Shown here piece by piece: positions 9,961 through 20,500 of a stretch of DNA of 64,000 nt; position 1 is the stretch's first letter, and each line of letters begins with the position of its first letter. The translations under genes and the position numbers were made by a program. The stretch covers positions 4,660-68,659 of the forward strand of contig JBBAUR010000003.1 in assembly GCA_040398075.1 (NCBI GenBank), written 5' to 3'. This DNA is from Bdellovibrionota bacterium (GTDB taxonomy: Bacteria; Bdellovibrionota_C; UBA2361; OMII01). The notes beneath the pieces are model-generated. The model did no database searches and was not told the origin of the DNA. It was given only the letters and a program-made list of their open reading frames with translations.

Positions 9961-10650
9961 CTATTCACCAAACTTCGTATAGGGATGCCACACTACAGCA
10001 CCCTCGCGTTTGAAGAAGAGGCACGGTAGGCGCTCACACAAGAAACAGTGATACGGATAGTACGGTTTACCAAAGATACGCATACAGGTGTCATCAGAGA
10101 CCTCCTTGTTGAATCGTGAGTCACTCCACAAATTAGGTTGAATCGATTCGCAGGTGTCCAACACGTGTTTGGCCTTCCTGAAAAACTCCATGTAACGAAT
10201 CATCCAGCTCGGTCTCGCCATCCAGTAATTACAAAAGAAGAGCGGTATACTGGGATCCGTGGCTTGCTGTTCCGAGATACCAAGTTCGCCAGTCATTTGA
10301 CACCATAGCTCTCGAAAGAGCGGGTGATGGCGCTGCCCTTGAAGGATAATAGGCTCATGGCATGGAAAGAAGGGCACTACATCGGGATTTCGCAGGCTAA
10401 CATGAGAGATAAGTGCCTGCATGTCGGGCACAGGGATCTTTCGGGGAGCTTTCCACGAGAGCGTCCCCACGTAGTCACAGTCACGCCACTGCTCGGCGTG
10501 CTCGAGTAACCAGGAGGTATACATAAGATTTTCGAGATAGATCGTGGTTTCGTTGTGAACTACCGTGGCCCAGGGGAGCCCAGTCGTCCACTCCTCGGCA
10601 AACCTGTGCGTCTCACTATCATAGGCAAGAACAAAAATTCTGATCTTCAT
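9961..10650 (-). CDS. Hypothetical Trp/Cys/His-rich protein
   Basis: 229-aa ORF with no motif I can name. Coding potential looks good. Confidence 0.45.
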   Translation of the reverse strand: MKIRIFVLAYDSETHRFAEEWTTGLPWATVVHNETTIYLENLMYTSWLLEHAEQWRDCDYVGTLSWKAPRKIPVPDMQALISHVSLRNPDVVPFFPCHEPIILQGQRHHPLFRELWCQMTGELGISEQQATDPSIPLFFCNYWMARPSWMIRYMEFFRKAKHVLDTCESIQPNLWSDSRFNKEVSDDTCMRIFGKPYYPYHCFLCERLPCLFFKREGAVVWHPYTKFGE

Positions 10651-10779
10651 GGTACCACGCCCTTGGGGCCCAGTATCGCTCGCATATTCCGAATGGGAAA
10701 CCTCCTAATGAGCCGGCATCGTTAGGTGCTCGGGTAGACCAAAGAAGGATTCTGGCTAGTACGCCCCGTCCGTGCGCTC

Positions 10780-11280
10780 CTACTCCATATCTGTCTGAAA
10801 AGCACTCCAGAGCGGCGCTCCCAATTCCATGCGTGTAGCCGCTATGTCAGAAGTACCGAAGCGTCCCGCAGAACGATCAATCAGACATGCAAACCCAACC
10901 ACGTTGCCGCCCTCAGCCTTTACCTTCGTTGCAGCCTCTCGCAGTCGCCCCCCAGAGTGGACCACATCGTCTACAACGACAACTCGCTGGCCTCTCAGAT
11001 CAGGGCCGAAAAATCCACCCTCCTTCTTCAGGATCGCAACCTTTCGTCCACCGGCAACTGAGGCGGCGAATAGAATACCCGAATACGCCAAACCAACGGC
11101 TACATCGAATGCATCGTGATCGAGATGTCCTACTGCAAATGCGCTCAAGCGGGCGTAATCGTTCGGGGTCAGCTGAAAACAGTCATAGAATACGGAGCAC
11201 ACCTGACCACTCGGGATTCGAGTCGGCTTGGGAAATCGAATCGCGATTCGCTCGATGATACCTTTCGTAGTCTCGTCCAT
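10780..11280 (-). CDS. Type I phosphoribosyltransferase-family protein (OPRTase-like)
   Basis: PRPP-binding motif 'QRVVVVDDVVHSGGRL'; 166 aa. Confidence 0.65.
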   Translation of the reverse strand: MDETTKGIIERIAIRFPKPTRIPSGQVCSVFYDCFQLTPNDYARLSAFAVGHLDHDAFDVAVGLAYSGILFAASVAGGRKVAILKKEGGFFGPDLRGQRVVVVDDVVHSGGRLREAATKVKAEGGNVVGFACLIDRSAGRFGTSDIAATRMELGAPLWSAFQTDME

Positions 11281-11410
11281 ATATATCTATCCAAAGTGTG
11301 GTACGCCCCTGTGCAGCGGTCGTATGATAATATCTCCATGATACCATCCTTTCTCGGTAACAGGGCATAGCTGTTTTTGAGCAGCCAATCAGCACTAAAC
11401 TACTGATCAT

Positions 11411-12967
11411 TTAGTGCGGTAACACCTTGAGAATTTTCTTCCTCCACTCAGCGGGGCCAACTTCGTGCACCGATACACCTTGGCTATCGACCGCCACCGT
11501 TACCGGCATATCCTTGACTTCAAATTCGTAGATCGCCTCCATTCCGAGGTCCTCGAATGCCACCACTCGCGAAGCCGTGATCGCTTTAGAAACGAGGTAC
11601 GCTGCGCCGCCCACCGCCATGAGGTAAACCGCTTTGTATTTCTTGATCAGATCAACGGTCTCCGTACCACGCTCGGCTTTTCCTATCATGCCGAGGAGAC
11701 CTGTCTGGGAGAGCATCAGCTCTGTGTATTTGTCCATGCGAGTTGCTGTTGTTGGGCCTGCTGGACCAACTACTTCGCCACCAACTGGATCTACAGGCCC
11801 GACGTAATATATGAAGCGATTGGTGAAATCGACCCCATCAGGCAACTTCTCACCCCTCTTTAGGATATCTGCGATACGCTTGTGGGCAGCATCTCGTCCA
11901 GTAAGTAGGTTGCCAGACAGTAGGACCGTCTCGCCCGGTTTGAGGGTTGCTATCTCAGCACGCGATACCGTCGAGAGATCTATGCGCCGAGCTCCCGCAC
12001 CGAGAGAGAGTGCTATGTTCGGCCAATCATCGAGCGAGGGCGGTGTGAGCTTGGCTGGCCCTGATCCATCGAGCTCGAAATGAACATGTCTCGTGGCAGC
12101 GCAGTTCGGAATCATCGCCACCGGAAGCGACGCGGCGTGGGTAGGGTATTCCAATACCTTTACATCCAAAACCGTCGATAATCCACCGAGCCCCTGAGCA
12201 CCTATACCAAGCTGATTGACCTTTTCGAATAATTCCAGTCGCAACTCCTCGGCTCGAGTAGACGGGCCTCGCACCTGCAATTCGTGTATGTCCACCGGCG
12301 CCATGAGCGACTCTTTCGCGAGCACCATTGCCTTCTCAGCAGAACCACCGATTCCGATTCCCAAGACACCCGGAGGACACCACCCTGCTCCCATCTCCGG
12401 TACTGTCTGCAACACCCATGCTACGATGTCGTCGTTGGGATTGAGCATCTCGAGCTTTGACTTATTCTCGGAGCCACCACCCTTGGCAGCTACCGAGACC
12501 TCTATCTTGTCACCTGAGACGAACTCCACATGAAGGATCCCTGGCGTATTGTCCTTGGTGTTCTTCCGAGCGCCAGCAGGGTCGGTAACGATAGAGGCTC
12601 GCAGAGGATTAAGCTGGCTTCGATACGCGCGTCGAATCCCTTCGTCAAAGAGCTCCTGCAAGGGACGTTTTGAATCGATACGAGCCTCTGCTCCTATCTT
12701 GACGAACCCCACCACTATGCCGGTGTCTTGGCACAGAGGGCGATGACCCTCGGCTGACATCCTCGAGTTGACGAGAATCTGTGCAATAGCATCCTTCGCA
12801 CTCTTCGACTGCTCGGCAAGATATGCCTTGTGCATCGCTTGGATGAAGTCCAGCGGATGATAGTAGGAGATGAATTGAAGTGCGTCTGCAACGCTGATGA
12901 TAAAATCTTCTTCATTTATTGTATTCATCCGATAAAAATACCCTGGAGCACCGGTGCTCTGCAACAT
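11411..12967 (-). CDS. Class I (Fe-S) fumarate hydratase / L(+)-tartrate dehydratase-family hydro-lyase, fused alpha+beta
   Basis: 518-aa ORF; N-terminal catalytic region 'RPLCQDTGIVVGFVKIG' and a C-terminal beta-type domain, typical of FumA/TtdAB-like enzymes. Confidence 0.85.
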   Translation of the reverse strand: MLQSTGAPGYFYRMNTINEEDFIISVADALQFISYYHPLDFIQAMHKAYLAEQSKSAKDAIAQILVNSRMSAEGHRPLCQDTGIVVGFVKIGAEARIDSKRPLQELFDEGIRRAYRSQLNPLRASIVTDPAGARKNTKDNTPGILHVEFVSGDKIEVSVAAKGGGSENKSKLEMLNPNDDIVAWVLQTVPEMGAGWCPPGVLGIGIGGSAEKAMVLAKESLMAPVDIHELQVRGPSTRAEELRLELFEKVNQLGIGAQGLGGLSTVLDVKVLEYPTHAASLPVAMIPNCAATRHVHFELDGSGPAKLTPPSLDDWPNIALSLGAGARRIDLSTVSRAEIATLKPGETVLLSGNLLTGRDAAHKRIADILKRGEKLPDGVDFTNRFIYYVGPVDPVGGEVVGPAGPTTATRMDKYTELMLSQTGLLGMIGKAERGTETVDLIKKYKAVYLMAVGGAAYLVSKAITASRVVAFEDLGMEAIYEFEVKDMPVTVAVDSQGVSVHEVGPAEWRKKILKVLPH

Positions 12968-13235
12968 CTCTCAAAAAACCGCGATTTTACCCTTGTTGGC
13001 CAACCTCGCGGGCAGTGAAGTTCGCCGAGCACATCTACAACGAAGCGATCGAAGACGTTTCTCATCACCACACCGTCTTTACTATCCCAAAACGCCCAAG
13101 GGTCTTCTTTAAGTAAGACCGCAAGCTAAACACCATCCTGTTTCGTGCCGCTTGGGGAGCACTCTCTCAAGTGCTTGGAGAAGAAGAGGGCGCCTCTTTT
13201 TTTTACGATCTCATCCGTGGCAACCCAGCTCACCC

Positions 13236-13323
13236 GGGACCGCGGAGCTTCTAGCTCCGCCGGCAGCCCGCTTACATCGCTATGCATCCTTCGAAGAGGC
13301 GGAGCTAGAAGCTCCGCGGTCCC
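13236..13323. repeat. Perfect 26-bp inverted repeat (gggaccgcggagcttctagctccgcc / ggcggagctagaagctccgcggtccc) with a 36-nt spacer
   Basis: Exact reverse complement confirmed by eye. Lies in a 1.1-kb ORF-poor divergent intergenic region. Confidence 0.8.
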
Positions 13324-14133
13324 CCCTCCGTTGGTTCTCCTCCGCTGGTGCAGTGTACTGCTATAACGAACTGTTTCTAGCAGCTTGGGTAAGAACCGAC
13401 TGTGGTGAACGTGCCAGGTGTTCGAATCTGCCTCCTTGAGAAGTACCATGCACTAGCTAGAAGCTTGTTACTGCCCACTCGATTCCACGATGAGCCCAAA
13501 AAATGGAATGATTCGTCGTCCCGATGCCTTTCAAGTAGACGAATGTTTTTGGCGCGCGCAGGCCTTGCATGTAAATGATGTAAGGCTTCTTTTGGGTTTA
13601 CCGGGGAAATAAGCGGTTAACGTCCGTGGCAAAAACGTGTTCGTGCTTGTGAATGTACCGTGACTATTACCGTTACCTAAGTTCGAAAATGCGGGTATCT
13701 TCCAAAGGAACTGAGCTATTGCGGCCAACACTTACCGAAAACCTTCTCCTGCAAGTTTGAGGAGAGCCTAGCGCGACACCAGCTCGGATACAGAAGAAGG
13801 AAGGTACTGCAGAGAGATCAACTACTTACATAAAAAGAATCGATACTTATTATCCTTCCTCTGAAGCTTTGTGAAGCAACGTCCGACCATAAGCGTGCTT
13901 CGGCTGCTGATGGGTTGTTGGCGTTAGCTAAAATCCAGATTCGGGCTTTTCCCACTTCTCTGCAGCATAGAGCACATGAGAAAAGTAATGGGGAGGTGTT
14001 GTCTCATCGGCAGCTTTACAAATCGGTGACTCGGATGAAGTCGTCCCGAATTTCAACTAAGCCCCTCTCTCTCGGTTGTTGGATCTCGGTAGGAGTACAA
14101 AACGGATATGGAATCTTATGAGGAGAAAAAATA

Positions 14134-14775
14134 ATGAAGACTTGGTGCCGTATTCACATGATTTTGCTACTGGCTTTTGTCGTCCTATCATTACCATCAA
14201 CCGGTTTTGCACAGGCAACAAAATCAACATGCTTGTGCCCTGTTGAAGCAAAGGAATGCATTCCCGCGGACGGATTCGTGTGCGGAGCATCCGCACAAGC
14301 GAGGGACTTGCGCTTATATAATTGCTCGTACGAAGGCGGCAGCGTCGCGAAGCCTCCGGGTAGGGGGGCTTGCAGCCGGCGCCCCGTGGCCTACACGGAT
14401 ACTTGCGGTTCTGCTTGTAGCGCCCAGGAGTGCACAAAACTCAAAAAATCAGTTGCTTCTGCAAAAAGCTGCGAAGAGAGACTAAACGAGGATGGCCGAG
14501 CAGAGTGCGTCGTGACAGCTTGGGAAACGGTTGAGCTTAAATGCACGGGGACACCATCAGGCGCAGGCAACGATGGCGTTCAGGTAACTATGCAGGACAA
14601 ATGTACGGCCTGTAACGATAAGACAAGCTGCCTACAAGCTACTTGTGGTTCTGTCGTCACCGCTGCGAAGTGCGATAAGAACAATCCAAGCACCGTTCCA
14701 CAGTGTTTGCCCAAGGGACAGGGTAGTCGCCCCAAATGCGCATGGAGACCCGCCACCATAGACATCGATTATTAG
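14134..14775 (+). CDS. Secreted cysteine-rich protein (24 Cys), function unknown
   Basis: Strong RBS AGGAG-N8-ATG and signal peptide 'MKTWCRIHMILLLAFVVLSLPSTGFAQA'. The mature region carries many CxC/CxxC pairs. Confidence 0.6.
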   Translation: MKTWCRIHMILLLAFVVLSLPSTGFAQATKSTCLCPVEAKECIPADGFVCGASAQARDLRLYNCSYEGGSVAKPPGRGACSRRPVAYTDTCGSACSAQECTKLKKSVASAKSCEERLNEDGRAECVVTAWETVELKCTGTPSGAGNDGVQVTMQDKCTACNDKTSCLQATCGSVVTAAKCDKNNPSTVPQCLPKGQGSRPKCAWRPATIDIDY

Positions 14776-14801
14776 GGACACAAGCTGCGCAAATAGTCGA
14801 C

Positions 14802-14841
14802 ATTCAAGGATCCTGGCTGCGTGAGCGGATCTCAAGCTCAG
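14802..14841. terminator. Convergent/bidirectional hairpin between the Cys-rich gene (+) and the pilU-like gene (-)
   Basis: 'cctggctgcg...cgcagccagg' forms a 10-bp stem with a nested inner stem. Confidence 0.4.
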
Positions 14842-14980
14842 CGCAGCCAGGCGGATGTTGAACCCTGGATGCTGCGCGGGAGTTTAAGGAGGGGGCCCAG
14901 GGGGAGCCTACCGGCTTCTCCCTGTATCGGGAGAAAGCGTTCGTGCCATATCATCACACCAGTAGCGCAATGTAGCGGGG

Positions 14981-16120
14981 TTAGGAATCCTTCTGCATGT
15001 GCAGACCGAGCGGGACCGATTCAGTTTTTACCGCAGTCTCGGAAGACTCCTGTGAATTATCCCCCGCGAGCCGCACTCGAATCCGCACGTTGTTGGCGCT
15101 ATCTGCATTCCGAAGCGCTTCGTCGAGCGAAATAGCCCCTGCCCGGAACAACTCGTACAGGTGCTGGTCGAAGGATTGCATTCCGACATGCGTACTTTTC
15201 TCCATGGCTTCTCTGACCTCTTCGATCTGCCCCCTGAGGATGAGGTCCCTGACACGAGCGCTATCGGTCAAGATTTCAATCGCTGGTACCCGTCCCCCCG
15301 TAACTCCACTCACGAGCCGTTGGCTGAGGATTGCACGTAGATTGAGGCTAAGCTGCATAAAAACCTGGCGATGCTGCCCTGATGGAAAGAAGCTCAAGAT
15401 GCGCTCGAGTGCCTGATGAGCATTGTTGCTGTGCAGTGTCGCCATACACAGGTGCCCTGTCTCGGCAAAAGCCAAAGCGGCTTCCATGGTTTCAGCATCT
15501 CGTATCTCTCCCACCACGATTACATCAGGCGCCTGACGAAGCGAGTTCTTGAGCGCTGACTCGAGCGATGGGGTGTCTATACCCACTTCCCGTTGGGTGA
15601 TGATCGACCGCTTGTGCGTATGGATAAATTCGATCGGATCCTCGACCGTGACGATGTGCCCGGCAAGCGTCTCGTTGCGATGTCCGATCATGGCTGCCAA
15701 GGATGTCGATTTGCCCGAGCCCGTAGCACCCACTACCAGAACCAACCCTCGCTTGCTCGTTGCAATATCCTTGAGAATCGATGGAAGGCCCAATCCGTCT
15801 ATGCTCGGAATCGAGGAGCGTATCTGACGAACAACCAGACCTACGCACGACCGCTGACGGAATACGTTCACTCGGAACCGACCGTGGTCTTTGTCGTAAA
15901 GACCGAGGTTCATCTCCTGCGTCTTGTCAAACTCTACTTGTTGAGCATCATTCATCAGACTCATGGCAAGCTCCTGAGTGTGCGAGGGTTGGAGCATCTG
16001 AGCGCCGAATGGTTCTAGGGAGTCATTGACCCGATACATCGGTGGAGAATCCACTGTGAGATAGAGATCAGACGCACTTCTTTGCACCATACCCGCTAGG
16101 AGTTCGGCTAATACTACCAT
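14981..16120 (-). CDS. PilT/PilU-family type IV pilus retraction ATPase (pilU-like paralog)
   Basis: Walker A 'GATGSGKSTSLAAMI', Asp box, Walker B 'VIVVGEIRD' and His box 'HLCMATLHSNNA'. Immediately downstream of pilT. Confidence 0.8.
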   Translation of the reverse strand: MVVLAELLAGMVQRSASDLYLTVDSPPMYRVNDSLEPFGAQMLQPSHTQELAMSLMNDAQQVEFDKTQEMNLGLYDKDHGRFRVNVFRQRSCVGLVVRQIRSSIPSIDGLGLPSILKDIATSKRGLVLVVGATGSGKSTSLAAMIGHRNETLAGHIVTVEDPIEFIHTHKRSIITQREVGIDTPSLESALKNSLRQAPDVIVVGEIRDAETMEAALAFAETGHLCMATLHSNNAHQALERILSFFPSGQHRQVFMQLSLNLRAILSQRLVSGVTGGRVPAIEILTDSARVRDLILRGQIEEVREAMEKSTHVGMQSFDQHLYELFRAGAISLDEALRNADSANNVRIRVRLAGDNSQESSETAVKTESVPLGLHMQKDS

Positions 16121-16123
16121 GAC

Positions 16124-17251
16124 CTACCTCGACCGACCTCGGACACCAGCACCCGAAGATTCGGGAAAAAGCTCTGGCTTTCCGGTTTTCTCTACTGCCG
16201 TTTCTCGACTGATTAAGCCTCGGTCATAGAGCTCCCGAATAGAGGCTTCCATAGTCTGCATACCGACCCCCTGCGACGTCTGCATGACACTCGGAAGCTG
16301 ATGAATCTTCCCCTCCCGTATGAGGTTTTTCACGGCGTTAGTGCCGATCAGGATCTCTAGCGCCGCCACTCTACCCCCACCCTCTTTGCGACACAGGGTC
16401 TGTGTCACGATTGCCTGCACTGACTCCGCCAACATAGCTCTAACCTGGGCCTGCTGATTGGGCGGAAAAACATCTATGATTCGATCGACCGTTTTTGGCG
16501 CACTAGACGTATGAACCGTGGCGAACACCAAGTGCCCTGTCTCAGCTGCTGTCAGGGCGAGTTGAATCGTCTCCAAATCACGCATCTCACCGATTAAAAT
16601 GATATCCGGATCCTCACGTAACGCCGCTCTCAGCGCATTTGAGAATGATTGAGTATGCGGTCCTACCTCACGTTGAGAGATTAAGCATCGCTTCGAAGCG
16701 TGAACAAATTCGATTGGGTCTTCGATCGTGAGGATGTGTCCCTGCAACTCCTCGTTGATGAGATCGATCATAGCTGCAAGCGTAGTCGATTTTCCCGAGC
16801 CCGTCGGGCCCGTCACGAGCACCAACCCTTTTTCGCAACGCACGAGCGACGAAAGAACAGGCGGCATACCAAGCTCTTCGAGACTCCGAATATTCATCGG
16901 AATAGCCCTAAATGTAGCCCCCAGCCCACGAGCTTGCCTGTAGACATTCACACGGAAACGGGCAGATGCCCCAAGGCCCATCGAGAAGTCGATATCGTTC
17001 CTCTCATCAAATACTCGGCGTTGCGCGTCGTTCATAATGTCGTAAATCAGCGCATGCGCCTGCTCAGAGGTGAGCGGTGGAATATTCACCTTTTTCATGT
17101 CTCCATGTACGCGCAGCATAGGAGGTTCACCCGCACTGATGTGCAGGTCTGACGCGCACTCTTGCAGCGCAAATGTCAGGAGTTGCGGGATATCCATCGT
17201 AGCCATCTTCACCCTCACCGTTCTGAAGTGTATCGGCAACTCTGCGGCCAC
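16124..17251 (-). CDS. pilT: Twitching motility ATPase PilT
   Basis: 'LVLVTGPTGSGKSTTLAAMI', 'IILIGEMRDLETI', 'GHLVFATVHTSSA' and 'AQVRAMLAESV' match PilT closely. The start is probably MATMDI or MDI, internal to the ORF. Confidence 0.85.
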   Translation of the reverse strand: MAAELPIHFRTVRVKMATMDIPQLLTFALQECASDLHISAGEPPMLRVHGDMKKVNIPPLTSEQAHALIYDIMNDAQRRVFDERNDIDFSMGLGASARFRVNVYRQARGLGATFRAIPMNIRSLEELGMPPVLSSLVRCEKGLVLVTGPTGSGKSTTLAAMIDLINEELQGHILTIEDPIEFVHASKRCLISQREVGPHTQSFSNALRAALREDPDIILIGEMRDLETIQLALTAAETGHLVFATVHTSSAPKTVDRIIDVFPPNQQAQVRAMLAESVQAIVTQTLCRKEGGGRVAALEILIGTNAVKNLIREGKIHQLPSVMQTSQGVGMQTMEASIRELYDRGLISRETAVEKTGKPELFPESSGAGVRGRSR

Positions 17252-17524
17252 TACTTACGCTCTGTGCGCTGCTTATTCACTTTTTGACACAGACCCTCAA
17301 GTCCTAGCCACCCTGGTTGGCCACCCCTATGTAGTAGCGCTCTTTATGTATACACCTGAAACGAAACATGATTTTCACAGAGTCCACGCCATGAGCTACC
17401 ACTGTACCCAGAGCTCATATGCACACGAGCAGCCTAAGGCCCGGGAAGTACATCATATTCAGCAACTCCCCGTTTTCCCCGCCACCTTGCGAGGTTATAC
17501 TGCTTCTTTCGCAGTCGACCAACG

Positions 17525-20500
17525 ATGCTCAACAAGACTTCCCACGATCAAACCACCCGTCGAAAGGTTCTAGGACTACACTGCTCTGCTTCGGGGTGGT
17601 TTCTCGCCTCGGTACGAGACGAGTATCCGAAGTGTCTGGTCGTATGCCCTGACCGCAAAACAGCCGAAGGGCTGACGGATGACCTCACCTTTTTTCTCGG
17701 GGCCGGAAGCGCTTCGTCGTATCCAGCTTGGGAAACTTTGCCTCTCGAACCTGTATCGCCCGGTGTCGAAACATCTGCTCAACGTATTCGGGCTCTCTAC
17801 GAGATTCACACAAAACCCTCCTTCTTGGTCATCACCTTTGCTGATGCTCTTGCGCAGCGCGTTATTCCTCCGACTCAGATCCTCTCCCTTACGACTCACC
17901 TACGTTGTGGGGAGCTGATCGAACGCGATTCGTTCATACAGAGACTCGTTGCATGCGGCTTCGAAAATACGAAGAATGTCGAACGAATAGGTCAGATGAG
18001 CATCAAGGGAGCGGTTATCGACTTCTTCCCGAGCACCACACTCGATCCGGTCAGAGTAGAGACCAAGTACGACGAGATCGTACGGATGCAGACGTTTGAC
18101 GCAGAGACACAAAGAGCACGAGGTGACATCAAGTCGGTCGACATCTTACCTGTACGGGAATTCGCGCTCTCTTCATGGTACGAGCAAGAACGGGATACGG
18201 TCATACGCAAGATCAAGGAACGAGCTGCCGAAACTGGGACACCACCGCGCGAAGTCGAGAAGATCCTCCAGGCTCTGGAGGAACGAGCTGACTATCCAGG
18301 CCTCGAGCTGCTCCAGTACACCGCAGCCCCTCCTCTACACGGACTCCTCGATAACCTACCACGGGACACGACAGTCTGCGCTCTGGACCGATTTCAAACA
18401 TTACGTGCCTTGGAGGAGTTCATCGGTCTTGCGGACGAACGTGCAGCTCGCTTGGAGGAGGAGCAGCATTTCATACCAAGGCGAGCGGATGTGTATCTTG
18501 ATTTCGACGAGATCTCTGAGCGCTTCGAGCGAAGCCTTGCAGTGGAACTGTCCAGTATCGATGATTCGACGACGCGCATGAGGCACGACAACGTTCGCGC
18601 GGAAAGCAATGTTGACCTCGCAACAACCATGCGTACGAGTGTCGGTGGCGGAGAAGGCTTCAAACCACTGAGAGACTTTCTTGATACCTGGCGCTCTCGT
18701 AAATGTGGGGTCGCATTGAGCGTAGGTTCCCATTCACGCGCTCAGCGGCTACAGAAAATACTACTCGATATTGGTACGGACGCCCCAATTTTGACCACCA
18801 CGGCGCTTGGCTGGATCCGATCTCCTCGACGGCCGGGCGTTGCAATCATTCAAGGGCATCTGACAACTGGTTTCAGATTACCCTCCGAGAGGCTCGTATT
18901 CGTCTCGGAGAACGACGTGTTCGGGGAGCGCTCATACCGGTCGAGCGCTACTCCCCGAATCAGTGCGAAGCGCCTGCTTGGCTCTCTCTCCCTCCTGAAG
19001 GAGGGCGATTTTGTCGTCCATATCGATTACGGAATCGGTATCTACCAAGGGCTCAAACACCTCACGGTTGAGGGTGTCCTCGGTGATTTTCTCCAGATTG
19101 ACTATGCAGACAGCAGACTGTACCTACCGGCCCACCAGATCGGAAGGATTCAAAAATTCGTTGCAACTGAGGGCCAACAACCTGTCGTAGACAAATTGGG
19201 TTCCACCCGTTGGTTACGGACCAAGCAAAAGATTCGCGACTCAATCGTAACGCTTGCGGGAGATCTGATAAGACTCTATGCCGCCCGCACCGTCGTCAAA
19301 GGATGGCGTTTCGAACCACAGGGGGCTGAGGATGAGCGTTTTGCTGATACTTTTCCATATGATGAGACCCCAGACCAGAGAAAAGCAATCGAGGAGACCC
19401 TCGCCGATCTTTCTACCGACAAGCCGATGGACCGCCTTGTATGTGGAGACGTTGGATTCGGAAAGACCGAGGTCGCGATACGCGCTGCTTTCAAGTGCAC
19501 CCAACATGCTCGACAGGTAGCAGTACTCGTACCCACGACGATCCTGGTAGAACAGCACAAGAAGAACTTCACGGATAGATTTGCAGGTTATCCGGTCAAA
19601 GTAGGAGCTATCAGCAGATTTTACCCAGCAGTACAGAATCAAAAAACGTTGGATGCAGTGGCCTCCGGGGAGATCGACATCGTCATAGGTACGCACAGAC
19701 TTCTTCAGCCCGATATACAATTCAAGGACCTCGGACTTCTCATTATCGACGAAGAACATCGCTTCGGTGTCAAACAGAAGGAGCGGCTCCGCTCCTACAG
19801 AGCCAACGTGGATGTACTTACCCTGACCGCAACACCCATCCCGCGAACGCTACACATGTCGCTTCTCAATATCAGGGACATTAGCCTCATCCATACCGCG
19901 CCGGTGGATCGAAAGGTAGTTCAAACGTTTGTGGCCGAACGCGATGAATCCCTCGTGCGTGACGCTGTTATTCGCGAGGTTCGACGCGGTGGTCAAGTGT
20001 TCTTCATCCACAATCGTGTACAAAACATCGCTATGATAACGGCAAAACTTGCCGAATCGGTCCCAGAGGCCCGTTTCGATTTTGCTCACGGCCAGATGAG
20101 TGAGACTCAGCTCGAGCGGATCATGCGTCGATTTATCGACAAAGAGATCGATGTCTTGGTGTCAACCACGATCGTTGAATCCGGTCTCGACGTGCCTAAT
20201 GCAAATACGATTATCATAGATCGCGCTGACCAATTCGGTCTTGCACAGCTCTACCAGCTACGCGGTCGTGTTGGTCGAGGAAGACGTCAAGCGTACGCAT
20301 ACTTCCTCGTCCCTCACATGCGCTCGCTCAGTGGAGAGGCCCATGAGCGCCTCAAAGTACTCCAGTCTCTCGATACACTAGGAGTGGGATTCAATCTAGC
20401 GATCCGCGACCTGGAGATTCGCGGAGCCGGCAACCTGCTCGGTAAAGAGCAGTCCGGCAACGTTCTATCGGTGGGATTCGACATGTATTGCCGGATTTTG

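Noticed and set aside
13415-13445. tRNA/tmRNA T-loop-like 'ggtgttcgaatctgcc'
   Set aside because: The flanking bases do not form a T-stem or acceptor stem, and no tmRNA tag frame was found.
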